Numbered from the stretch's first letter, positions 1-9,057 are shown. The stretch is DNA of 20,000 bases from an uncultured virus (IMG/VR IMGVR_UViG_3300037455_001519) (IMGVR_UViG_3300037455_001519), one strand, 5' to 3'. A program made the numbers and translations. The notes: a model not told the origin generated them from the letters alone.

Positions 1-293
1 GGAACGCCGTTAATTTGAACTCCAGTTTTAGAAGAAAGTTCATTTATTTTAGCTTGATTATTATTATTTTCCCAAACTTCATAATCAATTATATTTATCT
101 TATTCTTATATTTACCATTTTTTAAACCTTTTAAATAATTCATTTCTGCTGCACAATGAGGACAACCTTCTCCTCTAAAGATATAAATATTTATAGGTTC
201 AATTTTAGGGTTGTGAGAATTGTAATAAGTTACACCACTAAAAATTAAAAAAATACTTAAAATAACTAAAATTATAATTTTCTTTTTATCCAT
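1..293 (-). CDS. Membrane-anchored thioredoxin/glutaredoxin-like protein (runs off left edge)
   Basis: Not in ORF track. Manual translation from ATG at 293 (RBS GGAGGT at 301-306): MDKKKIIILVILSIFLIFSGVTYYNSHNPKIEPINIYIFRGEGCPHCAAEMNYLK...YEVWENNNNQAKINELSSKTGVQINGVP. N-terminal TM/signal, CPHC redox motif and cis-Pro GVP motif. Confidence 0.85.
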   Translation of the reverse strand, partial: MDKKKIIILVILSIFLIFSGVTYYNSHNPKIEPINIYIFRGEGCPHCAAEMNYLKGLKNGKYKNKINIIDYEVWENNNNQAKINELSSKTGVQINGV

Positions 294-297
294 ATTT

Positions 298-1188
298 TTA
301 ACCTCCATTTTCTACAGGTAACAATTGTATATCAAAAGTTCTTAACCCATTAGCACATCTATAAACTTGGTCAACGACTCCAATATACATAATGTCCCTA
401 TGTTCAACTAAAAATTCTATAATATAATTAGGTAATTCTCCTAATTTTTTATCATCTTGATTTAAAACAAAAATCTTATTATGATTTTCATAAGAAAGAT
501 GAACTATGTCATCTTTTTGTAATTCTTTAATTCTGTCTTGAATCTTTTTATCTTTAGATGTATTTTGAGTTTTTACAATATTAGTTTTTAACAAGTAATC
601 TTCTTGTCTTTTTTTATTATCAATATCAGTATAAACGCCAACAGCTAATCTTAAATATTGATTATGCATTTCTCTAAAACAAAAATCTAACAAATAAGAT
701 TCTCTTTTAATTATTTTTAATAAATAATCTTGCATTTCTCCATTATACATAGTACCGATAAAAGTATCATTATTATATAATTCAATGGTAGAATTATTTT
801 CTTTAATAATCAAATTAGTAAAATATTTATTCTTCTTGCTTCGAAATTTTTCATCCATAATAAATGTTAATGAAGCAAATGAATATTTTAAAACTTTATT
901 TTCTAAATCTTTAGGAAACTCATATTTATTATGACAATGATAAGAAATAGATTTTTTCCATATAAATCTTTTTTCTTCTCTGTTAATTTTATGTTTAAAT
1001 TCAATATCTTTAATAGTTAACAATAATTTACTAAAACTAAAGTTTTCTGTGTCAATTTTTTTAACTTTTTTAATACATTTTGTACAAACAATTCTACTGT
1101 CTTTTCTTTTTTGTTTTGGATTAAAAAAATTAATTTTTCTTTTACAGATTTCACAATATAAGATTTTTCGTTTTACATTTTTATTCAT
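298..1188 (-). CDS. Zn-ribbon (CxxC...CxxC) plus HIRAN-like domain protein
   Basis: N-terminal CEICKRKINFF...DSRIVCTKC resembles DUF4428-type zinc ribbons. C-terminal IKELQKDDIVHLSYENHNKIFVLNQDDKKLGELP resembles HIRAN. ORF is open to 1212; ATG 1188 chosen for AGGATGG RBS spacing. Confidence 0.55.
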   Translation of the reverse strand: MNKNVKRKILYCEICKRKINFFNPKQKRKDSRIVCTKCIKKVKKIDTENFSFSKLLLTIKDIEFKHKINREEKRFIWKKSISYHCHNKYEFPKDLENKVLKYSFASLTFIMDEKFRSKKNKYFTNLIIKENNSTIELYNNDTFIGTMYNGEMQDYLLKIIKRESYLLDFCFREMHNQYLRLAVGVYTDIDNKKRQEDYLLKTNIVKTQNTSKDKKIQDRIKELQKDDIVHLSYENHNKIFVLNQDDKKLGELPNYIIEFLVEHRDIMYIGVVDQVYRCANGLRTFDIQLLPVENGG

Positions 1189-1193
1189 ACACA

Positions 1194-1634
1194 TTACCAT
1201 CCTAACGCCCAATATATTTTCATTAAAAGTTTATGCGATTTATCAAATTCTTTTTTAATAATAAAATAATCTTCTATATCTAAAGTATCATAATCTCTAT
1301 TTAAAAATTCCAGAGCTTTTTCTTCGGTTGCAGCATATAATTTATAACCGTAAATAATTTTATCTAAAGTTTTTAGCCATTTTTTATGGCCCTTATTTCC
1401 TTCATCTGCGCCCCCATCTGATAAAAACATTCCAGGTGTAACTCTATCAGCAATATATTCTCTAAAATAACATAAACGAGAATAGATTTCCATTGCCATT
1501 GTTACATCCAAATCATAAAACTCAGCAGGTACAAAATTATTTTCATCAGGATAATAATTTTTATCTTCTTTTTTAAAAGGAAATGTTTCTTCGGAATAAC
1601 CGATTTCTTTTAAATATTTGTTTAGTGTTAACAT
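1194..1634 (-). CDS. Hypothetical protein (phage-type conserved hypothetical)
   Basis: 146 aa with RBS GAGGTG. The pattern LDVTMAMEIYSRL..F...TPG...W...LDKII...L...YW.LGW recalls uncharacterised phage proteins. Confidence 0.6.
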   Translation of the reverse strand: MLTLNKYLKEIGYSEETFPFKKEDKNYYPDENNFVPAEFYDLDVTMAMEIYSRLCYFREYIADRVTPGMFLSDGGADEGNKGHKKWLKTLDKIIYGYKLYAATEEKALEFLNRDYDTLDIEDYFIIKKEFDKSHKLLMKIYWALGW

Positions 1635-1655
1635 ATTGTGTCACCTCACAATATT

Positions 1656-1684
1656 ATTATAATATATTTTATTAATATTTACAA
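1656..1684 (-). promoter_or_regulatory. sigmaA-type promoter for the 1634/1188/293 operon
   Basis: Minus strand TTGTAA-N17-TATAAT. Confidence 0.5.
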
Positions 1685-1769
1685 GTCTTTTCAGAACTAG
1701 AACATTTTAACGTTTTTAGAAAATATAACAATATATATAATATAAGTATGAGAAGGAGGTTAGATAAAA

Positions 1770-2180
1770 ATGTCTACAAACACAAATAATTTATGGTATG
1801 TTATTATTGGAGCATTAATCGTTCTTGCTATTTTTTTAGGAATAAATGCTCACGTCAATGATTCTGTTAATAGCGTATTCGAGCCTTCTAAAGAGACTAT
1901 AGAAATTAACAATTTTGATAAAAATGAAATTAAAGCAGAATGTTTTGTATTTACAAATTTTAAGACAGAAAATGGAGTGTTAACAGCTAACATAGAAAAT
2001 AAATGTTATAACGATAAAACATATACATTCGAATTTACAATTTTTAAAAACAAAGAAGAAAGTGTAAAATTACCAAATTTAACAATAGCCATAACTGGTG
2101 AAAATAAAATAGAAAATAAAGTATTAGGCTCTATACAAGGCATAGAAAGCATTTATGACCTAAAAATAAAAAGCATATAA
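1770..2180 (+). CDS. Membrane-anchored protein with pilin-like N-terminus
   Basis: RBS AAGGAGGT. N-terminal TM (LWYVIIGALIVLAIFLGI) followed by a beta-rich domain with two Cys. Confidence 0.65.
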   Translation: MSTNTNNLWYVIIGALIVLAIFLGINAHVNDSVNSVFEPSKETIEINNFDKNEIKAECFVFTNFKTENGVLTANIENKCYNDKTYTFEFTIFKNKEESVKLPNLTIAITGENKIENKVLGSIQGIESIYDLKIKSI

Positions 2181-2196
2181 ATATATGCTTTTTTTT
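2168..2196. terminator. Bidirectional intrinsic terminator
   Basis: AAAAAGCATATA-aa-TATATGCTTTTT between convergent genes. Confidence 0.8.
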
Positions 2197-2824
2197 ATTT
2201 TCTTTCTTTTTTAGATTTTGATTCTAAGATTTCATCAGCTAAACCTTCTTTAACTGCTTGTTCGGCATTAATCCAGCAATCTGAATATTTTTTATCTTTA
2301 TATTTATTAATTACTTCTTCGCTACTAGCTTCTGCCATTAATTTAAATACTAAATCATTTAAATATTTAGATTCAGCTACTTCTTCTTCCATACTAGCTA
2401 ATTTACCTTGTGTTCCAGAAGATACACTATGAATCATTAATCTAGAATTTCTGCCAATTACGCGCTTACCAGTTGCTCTAATAAATAATATAGCCGCACA
2501 AGAAGCTGCCATACCATAACAGATAACATTTACCTTTGATTTTAAAGATTCCATTGTATCTATAATTCCTAATAAAGCATAAGCTTCTCCACCTGGAGAA
2601 TTAATAATCATTGTGATATCTTTTTCTTCAATTGCATCAAGATAAACTAATTGAGAGTGAATTAATTCAAACATTTGTTGATTAAATTCACCTGTAACAT
2701 AAATTATTCTGTCTTTTAAAACTCTTGAAAAAACATCATATGTAAATCTACCTTTATCGTTTTCTTCATTAATACTAGGAACTACACTTAATCCAGTAGT
2801 TTTATTAAATAATTCTTGTTTCAT
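2195..2824 (-). CDS. clpP: ATP-dependent Clp protease proteolytic subunit
   Basis: YDVFSRVLKDRII, INSPGG, GMAAS (catalytic Ser), MIH (His), DCWINAEQAVKEGLADEI (Asp). RBS AAGGAG. Confidence 0.93.
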   Translation of the reverse strand: MKQELFNKTTGLSVVPSINEENDKGRFTYDVFSRVLKDRIIYVTGEFNQQMFELIHSQLVYLDAIEEKDITMIINSPGGEAYALLGIIDTMESLKSKVNVICYGMAASCAAILFIRATGKRVIGRNSRLMIHSVSSGTQGKLASMEEEVAESKYLNDLVFKLMAEASSEEVINKYKDKKYSDCWINAEQAVKEGLADEILESKSKKERK

Positions 2825-2847
2825 TTATAATCTCTCCTTATTACTTA

Positions 2848-2982
2848 TTATTTTAAAAATCCTATAATTCCCATTGCAAGATATATAATTGCAAGTAAAA
2901 ATATAACGCCGCCAATTATATAAAATAACAAATTAGAATTTTTAGTATTTTTATCTAAGCTATTTTTTAAATTTTTAAACAT
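2848..2982 (-). CDS. Small single-TM protein (44 aa)
   Basis: Not in ORF track. MFKNLKNSLDKNTKNSNLLFYIIGGVIFLLAIIYLAMGIIGFLK, RBS GAGGAGGT, directly downstream of a consensus promoter and upstream of clpP. Confidence 0.8.
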   Translation of the reverse strand: MFKNLKNSLDKNTKNSNLLFYIIGGVIFLLAIIYLAMGIIGFLK

Positions 2983-3011
2983 AAATAGAACCTCCTCTAC
3001 TTGATATGTAT

Positions 3012-3040
3012 ATTATATCATAATTAACAAAAAAAGTCAA
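3012..3040 (-). promoter_or_regulatory. sigmaA promoter for small ORF-clpP operon
   Basis: Minus strand TTGACT-N17-TATAAT with TG extended -10. Confidence 0.7.
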
Positions 3041-3089
3041 TAAAACTATTTTTTTCTAATATAATAAAATAAATGAAGGAGGTATAAAT

Positions 3090-3206
3090 ATGGACAATCT
3101 TGTTGTGTTAATAATCATATCATTTTTAATGATTGGTTCTATAGTATACTTAAAATCAAAAGAAAAATCTGATAAAAAAGATACAAAGAAAAAAGACTCA
3201 GAATAA
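3090..3206 (+). CDS. Small membrane peptide (38 aa)
   Basis: Not in ORF track. RBS AAGGAGGT; MDNLVVLIIISFLMIGSIVYLKSKEKSDKKDTKKKDSE; ends in a terminator hairpin. Confidence 0.8.
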   Translation: MDNLVVLIIISFLMIGSIVYLKSKEKSDKKDTKKKDSE

Positions 3207-3217
3207 GAGTCTTTTTT
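3190..3217. terminator. Bidirectional intrinsic terminator
   Basis: AAAAAGACTC-agaataa-GAGTCTTTTT between convergent genes. Confidence 0.8.
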
Positions 3218-5147
3218 AATTTTCTTCATTTTCATCATCAAATAGAGAATCAATATCAAAGAATGCTTTATCTTGATTTTTATCATCTGAACTATTTTCC
3301 TTTTCTTCTTCAACAGAAATGATATCTTCAGAAGTAGTATCTGTTTCAAAATCGTCATAAGCATAATCAGGTATAAAATCAGGATAATAATTATTGTATT
3401 GTTCTTCTTCGGCATCAGCAAGTTTTTCTAGAGAATTATCAAATTCATCATCTATAGTTTTAATTTTTGGTTCTTCATATTTACGTTCTATATTAATAAT
3501 CATATCTTCATCATCATTATCTGAAATGTAATTTTCATCTACTGTCTCTTCAGATATATTTTGATTATCATCTTCTGTGCTATAATCTATTACTTCATTT
3601 TCAGTATTTATAACATCAGGAGTACTCACAACAGAATTATTAATATTTTCAATAATGTCTGTAAAATCATTATTTTCTTCAGCATCTATATCTGAATCAT
3701 CCTCTATATCCGTACTAGCTTCTTCAACTATATTAATAATGTCATTTTCACTTTCTTCTTCAGGTTGTTCTACATTTTCTTCAGAAACATTTTCATTTTC
3801 TAATACATCATCTTCAATTTTATTTACATCATTTGTTTCTGTAAAAATTGATTCTACAACATTGTTTAAATTTTCAGCAGCATTTACTTCATTTGATAAT
3901 TGATTTTTCTTTTTCTTCTTTTTCTTTTTTTTCTTTTTACTTTGAGTTTCTAAAGCTTCAGGATTAATATCAACAAGATTATTAATATCAAAACTTTCTG
4001 TTTCGTTTCTATATAAAGTAGGAATATCATCAATATTGTCTAATATAGCATCTACAATATTATCAGATGCAACAGGAAGTTCTTCTTGATTAATAGGGTT
4101 AAAAGTAGATTTTGCGCTATTATTAGATAAACTTTGATTAATATTATAAACTCTATTATTAAAATCTTCATTACTTATTTTAAAAGGAATATTATTATCA
4201 GGAACGATTGTTTTCTTTTTTAACTTTTTACCAATATTAATAATAGATATTCTTTCTTCTTCGTCATCTAACCCATTATTATAAAAAGCACATTTTCCAC
4301 ATTTTTTAATACCCTTATCTACAGTCATATAAAAAATGGTATTAGGAGTACGTAATGAAAGTTCTCTAAATAATTGAATCTTATATAAATTAAAATCATC
4401 AACTGTTGTAATAGGTTTAAAATAAGAAAATTTATCAACAAAATATGTTATATCATTAAATACTAAACCAGATAAAAGAATGTAGTTTTTGACACAACTT
4501 TCTAATAAATATTTAGCATCATAATCAAGTTCAGTAAACGAATTTAAAAATAATGTTGTTGATAAGTCATAGTTTTCATTATACTTAAGTAAATCTCCAA
4601 TTTCTGTAATATAGTTATCTGCATCGTCTACATATAAATAATGTGGTCTTTTTAATGTAACTTCAGTATTTTGAATATCTATATATAAATGATGTAATAT
4701 TTTTTTAAGCATTCTTCTACTTTTGTCTTTATATTTTTCTTCTTCTAAATCGATTATAATAATAGACTTATTTCTTATTTCTTGTTTATAATCAATTAGT
4801 TTAGTCATTTCATCATAATCATAAGGTTTATCTTCTAAAAGCATTTTATAAGTAGTAATATCAGCACTAGGTTTAATTACTTTTAATTGTGTTTTTCTTT
4901 TTAATCTATTAGCAAGAGACATTAAAAAATAAGCTTCTTCTTTATCATTAACTATAAAAGTACATCCAACAAAATTACCACCATTTTGAATTTGTTGTTT
5001 AGCAAATGCTGGAATAATTTTTGTAGTTTTTCCTGAATTTTTAGTTCCTATAACAGCTAAATTTAATAAACGACTTTTTTCAGAAATTTCAACAGTTTCT
5101 TCTTTGTCTATACCAATGATTAAATTTTGAATAGATTTATTATTCAT
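3216..5147 (-). CDS. Degenerate TraD/VirD4-like P-loop protein with long acidic low-complexity tail
   Basis: SRLLNLAVIGTKNSGKTT (Walker A in coupling-protein context) and PHYLYVDDADNY (Walker B-like). C-terminal ~300 aa are D/E/N-rich with an 11-Lys run. No N-terminal TM. Confidence 0.6.
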   Translation of the reverse strand: MNNKSIQNLIIGIDKEETVEISEKSRLLNLAVIGTKNSGKTTKIIPAFAKQQIQNGGNFVGCTFIVNDKEEAYFLMSLANRLKRKTQLKVIKPSADITTYKMLLEDKPYDYDEMTKLIDYKQEIRNKSIIIIDLEEEKYKDKSRRMLKKILHHLYIDIQNTEVTLKRPHYLYVDDADNYITEIGDLLKYNENYDLSTTLFLNSFTELDYDAKYLLESCVKNYILLSGLVFNDITYFVDKFSYFKPITTVDDFNLYKIQLFRELSLRTPNTIFYMTVDKGIKKCGKCAFYNNGLDDEEERISIINIGKKLKKKTIVPDNNIPFKISNEDFNNRVYNINQSLSNNSAKSTFNPINQEELPVASDNIVDAILDNIDDIPTLYRNETESFDINNLVDINPEALETQSKKKKKKKKKKKNQLSNEVNAAENLNNVVESIFTETNDVNKIEDDVLENENVSEENVEQPEEESENDIINIVEEASTDIEDDSDIDAEENNDFTDIIENINNSVVSTPDVINTENEVIDYSTEDDNQNISEETVDENYISDNDDEDMIINIERKYEEPKIKTIDDEFDNSLEKLADAEEEQYNNYYPDFIPDYAYDDFETDTTSEDIISVEEEKENSSDDKNQDKAFFDIDSLFDDENEEN

Positions 5148-5274
5148 AATAATTATCCCTCCTCAAGATATATATATTATACTTTCTTTTATTTTAATAA
5201 AAACCTTTTTAATGTTTCAACTTTTTTTAAAATATAATAATATATCTAATAAGAATTAGATAAAGGAGTAAAAT

Positions 5275-5895
5275 ATGAAAAAACAAAAAACAAGACTAAG
5301 ATTAAAAAGAAATGTAAAGGTTACATTACTTTCAATATTAGTCACTTCTATTATGGCAGGAGGTATTGTAGGTATTAAATCATTACAAACTCCACCAACA
5401 ACAGTTGTTGACGCTGCTAAAGCAGAAATAACTGAAATAAAAATAGAAGAAATTGAAACTACTGAACCTACTACAGTAGCTGCACCTGTTGTAGCGCCAG
5501 TTGAAGCTGAGGGAACGAAGAAAGTTGAAGAAAAAACAGCAGTAGAAAATAATTCTATGCAATATAGAATGACTTTCTATGCTACTGATGACGGTTATGG
5601 AACTGGTTCTGTAACTGCTTCAGGAAAATCTACTAAAGATTTTCAAATCAATGAAAATGGATGGTATACATACCAAGGAAAACTTGTAGTTGCAACAGCA
5701 TCAACAAGACTTGGTAAAACCAATCAAAAAACATACAAACTTTACGATGAGTTAGAAATAACTATTAAAGGTAAAAAATACGATGCTATCGTATTAGATG
5801 CTTGCGGAGCTTGTATGAAGGGTAAAAAAATTGATTTATTTGTTAGTTCAACAAAATATGGCTATGACGGCCAAGTTACTGTAGTAAAGAAGTAG
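5275..5895 (+). CDS. Membrane-anchored 3D-domain (double-psi beta-barrel) cell-wall protein
   Basis: N-terminal TM, T/E/P-rich linker, C-terminal MTFY...VTASG...AIVLDACGACMKGKKIDLFV matching the 3D/MltA-like pattern. RBS AAGGAG. Confidence 0.7.
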   Translation: MKKQKTRLRLKRNVKVTLLSILVTSIMAGGIVGIKSLQTPPTTVVDAAKAEITEIKIEEIETTEPTTVAAPVVAPVEAEGTKKVEEKTAVENNSMQYRMTFYATDDGYGTGSVTASGKSTKDFQINENGWYTYQGKLVVATASTRLGKTNQKTYKLYDELEITIKGKKYDAIVLDACGACMKGKKIDLFVSSTKYGYDGQVTVVKK

Positions 5896-5898
5896 TAA

Positions 5899-5929
5899 GG
5901 GAAGACCAATTAAATGGTCTTTTTCTTTT
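5899..5929 (+). terminator. Intrinsic terminator
   Basis: GAAGACCA-attaaa-TGGTCTTT followed by a T-rich tract. Confidence 0.75.
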
Positions 5930-5939
5930 GGTTTTAACC

Positions 5940-5968
5940 TTGAAAAAAGATTAAAAAAATGTTATAAT
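5940..5968 (+). promoter_or_regulatory. sigmaA promoter for recD2
   Basis: TTGAAA-N17-TATAAT with TG extended -10. Confidence 0.7.
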
Positions 5969-6055
5969 AATAATCAGAAATAAAGAAAGAGATATGAAAA
6001 ATATAAAATATATTAATTGATAATAATCAATTAGTTTAAGAAAGGAGATATAAAA

Positions 6056-8476
6056 ATGAAAATTGTTGTGCAAATAAGATTTAATACTTATTACAAACAA
6101 AAATTTGGAATCTATAAAGCTTTCTTATATGATAACAACGGGTATTGTATCGAATCTCAATATTCTTTAAAAGGAAAAACAATTTATCCTTTATTAGAAG
6201 GAAGATGTTATGAACTTGAAGGAAACGAAGAATATGATAGTAAATATGGTAGAACATTTAATTTTAAAACTGCATTTGAAATTTTCCCAGTTAATAAAAA
6301 ACAAATGTCATATTTAGAAATATCTGAGATTAGAAGAAGCTACAATCGCTTTTTTACTAGTAATATAACAACAAGTGTTATTCAAAAAGAGTTAAGAGAG
6401 AGAATTGATGAAGAAGATAAAGTAAGACAATTATTAAATTACAATATCAATTTCTTAGATGCTCAAAAACTAGTAGATAACGATGAAGATATTTTAGACA
6501 AAATAAAACAAGACCCGTATATACTATTAGATATTGCAAAAAACTTTGATTTCTTAAAATGTGATAAAATTGCATCAAAATGTAATTTAAATCCAAACGA
6601 TTCTTATCGAGTTAGAACAGGAATTAGAGAAACTTTAAAAGACATTTGTAATAGAACAGGTAATAGTTTTGTTGTTATTGATGAATTTTTTATTAAACTT
6701 GTAAATGAAAATCTTAAATATTATTTAATACCTGAAGACATAAAAGAAATTATGTCGATATATAATCAAGATAAAAATAATAAATTAATTGATTTTAATG
6801 TATTTCATTTCTTTTATAATACAGTATTTATTCCTGAATTAGAAGAATGCATTCAAAACAATGAAAAGTATTTATTTTTTGAAACAGATTATGATAATAT
6901 TTTAAATGAATTAACAAAATCAGATAAGAAATTTACAGTATATCAAGATAAAATTTATTTAACAGAATTATATGAGGCAGAAGAATTAATTGCTAATAAA
7001 ATAGTTGCGTTAAATAAAAATAAATCAGATAAAAATGATAAAAAAGAATTAAAACAACATATTCATATGTACGAAAGTAAAAATTCTATTACGCTTAATA
7101 AAAAGCAAAATGAAGCAATTAACCAAATTCTTGAATTTAAAAATGGTGGTGTATATATATTAACTGGTAAAGCAGGCACAGGCAAAACAACTGTTGTCGA
7201 CGCAATAGTTAATATAAATAATTCACTTAATAAACATTCATTAGTGGCTTTAGCAGCTCCAACAGGAAAAGCTGTAAAAGTAATAAAAGAATCCTTAACT
7301 ACCTATGCACCTGTTAATACTATTCACAGAATGCTAGGATATAATGGAGAAGAATTCCTTTATAATGAAAAAGCACCATTAAATGAAAGTTTTATTATTG
7401 TTGATGAAACTTCAATGCTAGATTTAGAAATGGCTTCAAATCTTTTAAGAGCTATTAGAGACGACAGTAAAGTTTTATTTTTAGGAGACCCAAATCAATT
7501 ACCTAGTATTGGTCCAGGTAAATTCTTAAAAGATATCATAGAATGTCTTCCGGACAATATTATTGAATTGACTGAAATATGTAGACAAAAAAATGGGTCA
7601 GGAATTATAGAAAATAGTTCCAATATTTTAAATGAAGATATGATACAAACTTCTCAAACTAAAGATAATTATGTATTTTGGGGAAATAATGTAGATTTTT
7701 TTACAAAGAGATTATTTCAATCCATAGATTATTTAAAAAATAAATGTGGATTATCTAATGACGAAATAGAAATATTAACGCCAATGAGAATTGGACCATT
7801 AGGAACATATCAATTAAATAAAATATTACAACAAAAATTTAATCCTCAAGGATATTCATTAATGGATATAGAAGAATATACCGATATTAAATCTTTCACT
7901 CCTAACAAATTCAAAATAGGAGACAAAGTAATTAATATTAAAAATAATTATCAAATTTATAAATACGATAGACCTATTAACAGCGTAAACATAGATAGTT
8001 ACATTGTTTATTGTACAAATATTATTATGAATGAAAATAATGTAAATAGATTAGACGGTAAAATAAAAGCTATAGGTGTTGCTAATGGAGAGTCTGGATA
8101 TATTACAGACATCTTTAGCACAGAAATTCCTATATTCGATTCTAAAGGAAGATTTAGAGGAAGAAAGAAAGCTGATTGTATTACCGTTGAGTTTGATGAC
8201 GGATATATATGTTTCGTTGATTCCACTGATTTACGTTTAGGTTATGCTGTAAGTGTACATAAAAGCCAAGGTAGTGGATGGAAAGGTGTAATTAGTATAG
8301 TTGGCCCTGGTCATCAAAAAATGGCTTGTAATGAATTAATATATGTTACAAATACACGTGCAAGAGAGCAAAATATTTATATTGGTAGTGAAGATATTTA
8401 TAAAGAAGGTATTCACGTTCATTTAAATGATAGATTAACTACTTTAGTAAAAAGATTCCAACAAAAAAACAAATAG
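6056..8476 (+). CDS. recD2: ATP-dependent RecD2-like SF1B DNA helicase
   Basis: GKAGTGKTT, AAPTGKA, TIHRML, IVDETSM, GDPNQLPSIGPG, LTEICRQ, GYAVSVHKSQGS, YVTNTRA. RecD2-type N-terminus (SKYGRTF, DPYIL, DKIA). Confidence 0.93.
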   Translation: MKIVVQIRFNTYYKQKFGIYKAFLYDNNGYCIESQYSLKGKTIYPLLEGRCYELEGNEEYDSKYGRTFNFKTAFEIFPVNKKQMSYLEISEIRRSYNRFFTSNITTSVIQKELRERIDEEDKVRQLLNYNINFLDAQKLVDNDEDILDKIKQDPYILLDIAKNFDFLKCDKIASKCNLNPNDSYRVRTGIRETLKDICNRTGNSFVVIDEFFIKLVNENLKYYLIPEDIKEIMSIYNQDKNNKLIDFNVFHFFYNTVFIPELEECIQNNEKYLFFETDYDNILNELTKSDKKFTVYQDKIYLTELYEAEELIANKIVALNKNKSDKNDKKELKQHIHMYESKNSITLNKKQNEAINQILEFKNGGVYILTGKAGTGKTTVVDAIVNINNSLNKHSLVALAAPTGKAVKVIKESLTTYAPVNTIHRMLGYNGEEFLYNEKAPLNESFIIVDETSMLDLEMASNLLRAIRDDSKVLFLGDPNQLPSIGPGKFLKDIIECLPDNIIELTEICRQKNGSGIIENSSNILNEDMIQTSQTKDNYVFWGNNVDFFTKRLFQSIDYLKNKCGLSNDEIEILTPMRIGPLGTYQLNKILQQKFNPQGYSLMDIEEYTDIKSFTPNKFKIGDKVINIKNNYQIYKYDRPINSVNIDSYIVYCTNIIMNENNVNRLDGKIKAIGVANGESGYITDIFSTEIPIFDSKGRFRGRKKADCITVEFDDGYICFVDSTDLRLGYAVSVHKSQGSGWKGVISIVGPGHQKMACNELIYVTNTRAREQNIYIGSEDIYKEGIHVHLNDRLTTLVKRFQQKNK

Positions 8477-8498
8477 ATTATTTTTCTATTTGTTTTTT
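8463..8498. terminator. Bidirectional intrinsic terminator
   Basis: AAAAAACAAATAGA...TCTATTTGTTTTTT overlapping both convergent stop codons. Confidence 0.75.
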
Positions 8499-8714
8499 AT
8501 TTTTCTTGATTTTAATAGCAGGGAATTTTAGTTTATCAAGTGAAATATCTGATTCATAAGGAACTGGATTATCTGTCTTTTTAGCTGCTAAATCCATATA
8601 AACAGTTGCAGTTTTAGAAAGAGTATCTACGCTTATAACTTTAACCATTATATTACTTTCTGCATATTCATCATAGAAAACCATCCACATACCTGGTTTA
8701 ATTTTTTTGTCCAT
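8478..8714 (-). CDS. Small hypothetical protein (possible SH3/KOW-like beta fold)
   Basis: Start reassigned to ATG 8714 (MDKKIKPGMWMVF...VKVISVD) because of the AGGAGG RBS at 8725-8730. Confidence 0.65.
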   Translation of the reverse strand: MDKKIKPGMWMVFYDEYAESNIMVKVISVDTLSKTATVYMDLAAKKTDNPVPYESDISLDKLKFPAIKIKKNKKQIEK

Positions 8715-8837
8715 AAAATGTAAGCCTCCTAATTCTATATAAAAAGTAGCAACCACACTTTAACTTTTTTATAAAAGTTAGCTATTTCTTAATATTTTAT
8801 AAACACACAATAAATATTTCTTATATTTATTAATACA

Positions 8838-8866
8838 ATTATAACACCTTTTGTAAAAAATGTCAA
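8838..8866 (-). promoter_or_regulatory. Consensus sigmaA promoter
   Basis: Minus strand TTGACA-N17-TATAAT with TG extended -10. Confidence 0.8.
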
Positions 8867-8943
8867 TAAGATGTTAAAAAATGTAAAGTGTTAATAATAA
8901 AAAATATTGTTATTTTTATAAAAAAAATAAATATAATATGTAT

Positions 8944-9057
8944 ATGATTAATAGAGGGTCGCGTCCTTTATTAATTCGTGTTCGAACACACAAAATCTTT
9001 AAATAGAACCCCTCATCTATTTAAAGGTGGAAAAGAAGGATTTATCCTTCTTTTTTT
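8944..9057 (+). ncRNA. Candidate ~115 nt small RNA (three hairpins plus terminator)
   Basis: TATAAT at 8932-8937. Stems 8946-8958/8964-8976, 8978-8989 and 8995-9007/9016-9028 (loop ACCCCTCA). Terminator 9031-9057. No ORF. Confidence 0.6.
9031..9057 (+). terminator. Intrinsic terminator
   Basis: AAAAGAAGGA-ttta-TCCTTCTTTTTTT. Confidence 0.8.

Noticed and set aside
3056..3421. 121-aa minus-strand ORF
   Set aside because: Alternative-frame overlap with the 3216-5147 gene, and antisense to the well-supported 3090-3206 peptide.
8944..9057. Known riboswitch (preQ1, c-di-GMP) or CRISPR repeat
   Set aside because: Lacks the conserved aptamer motifs I know, and the hairpins are not repeated with spacers.
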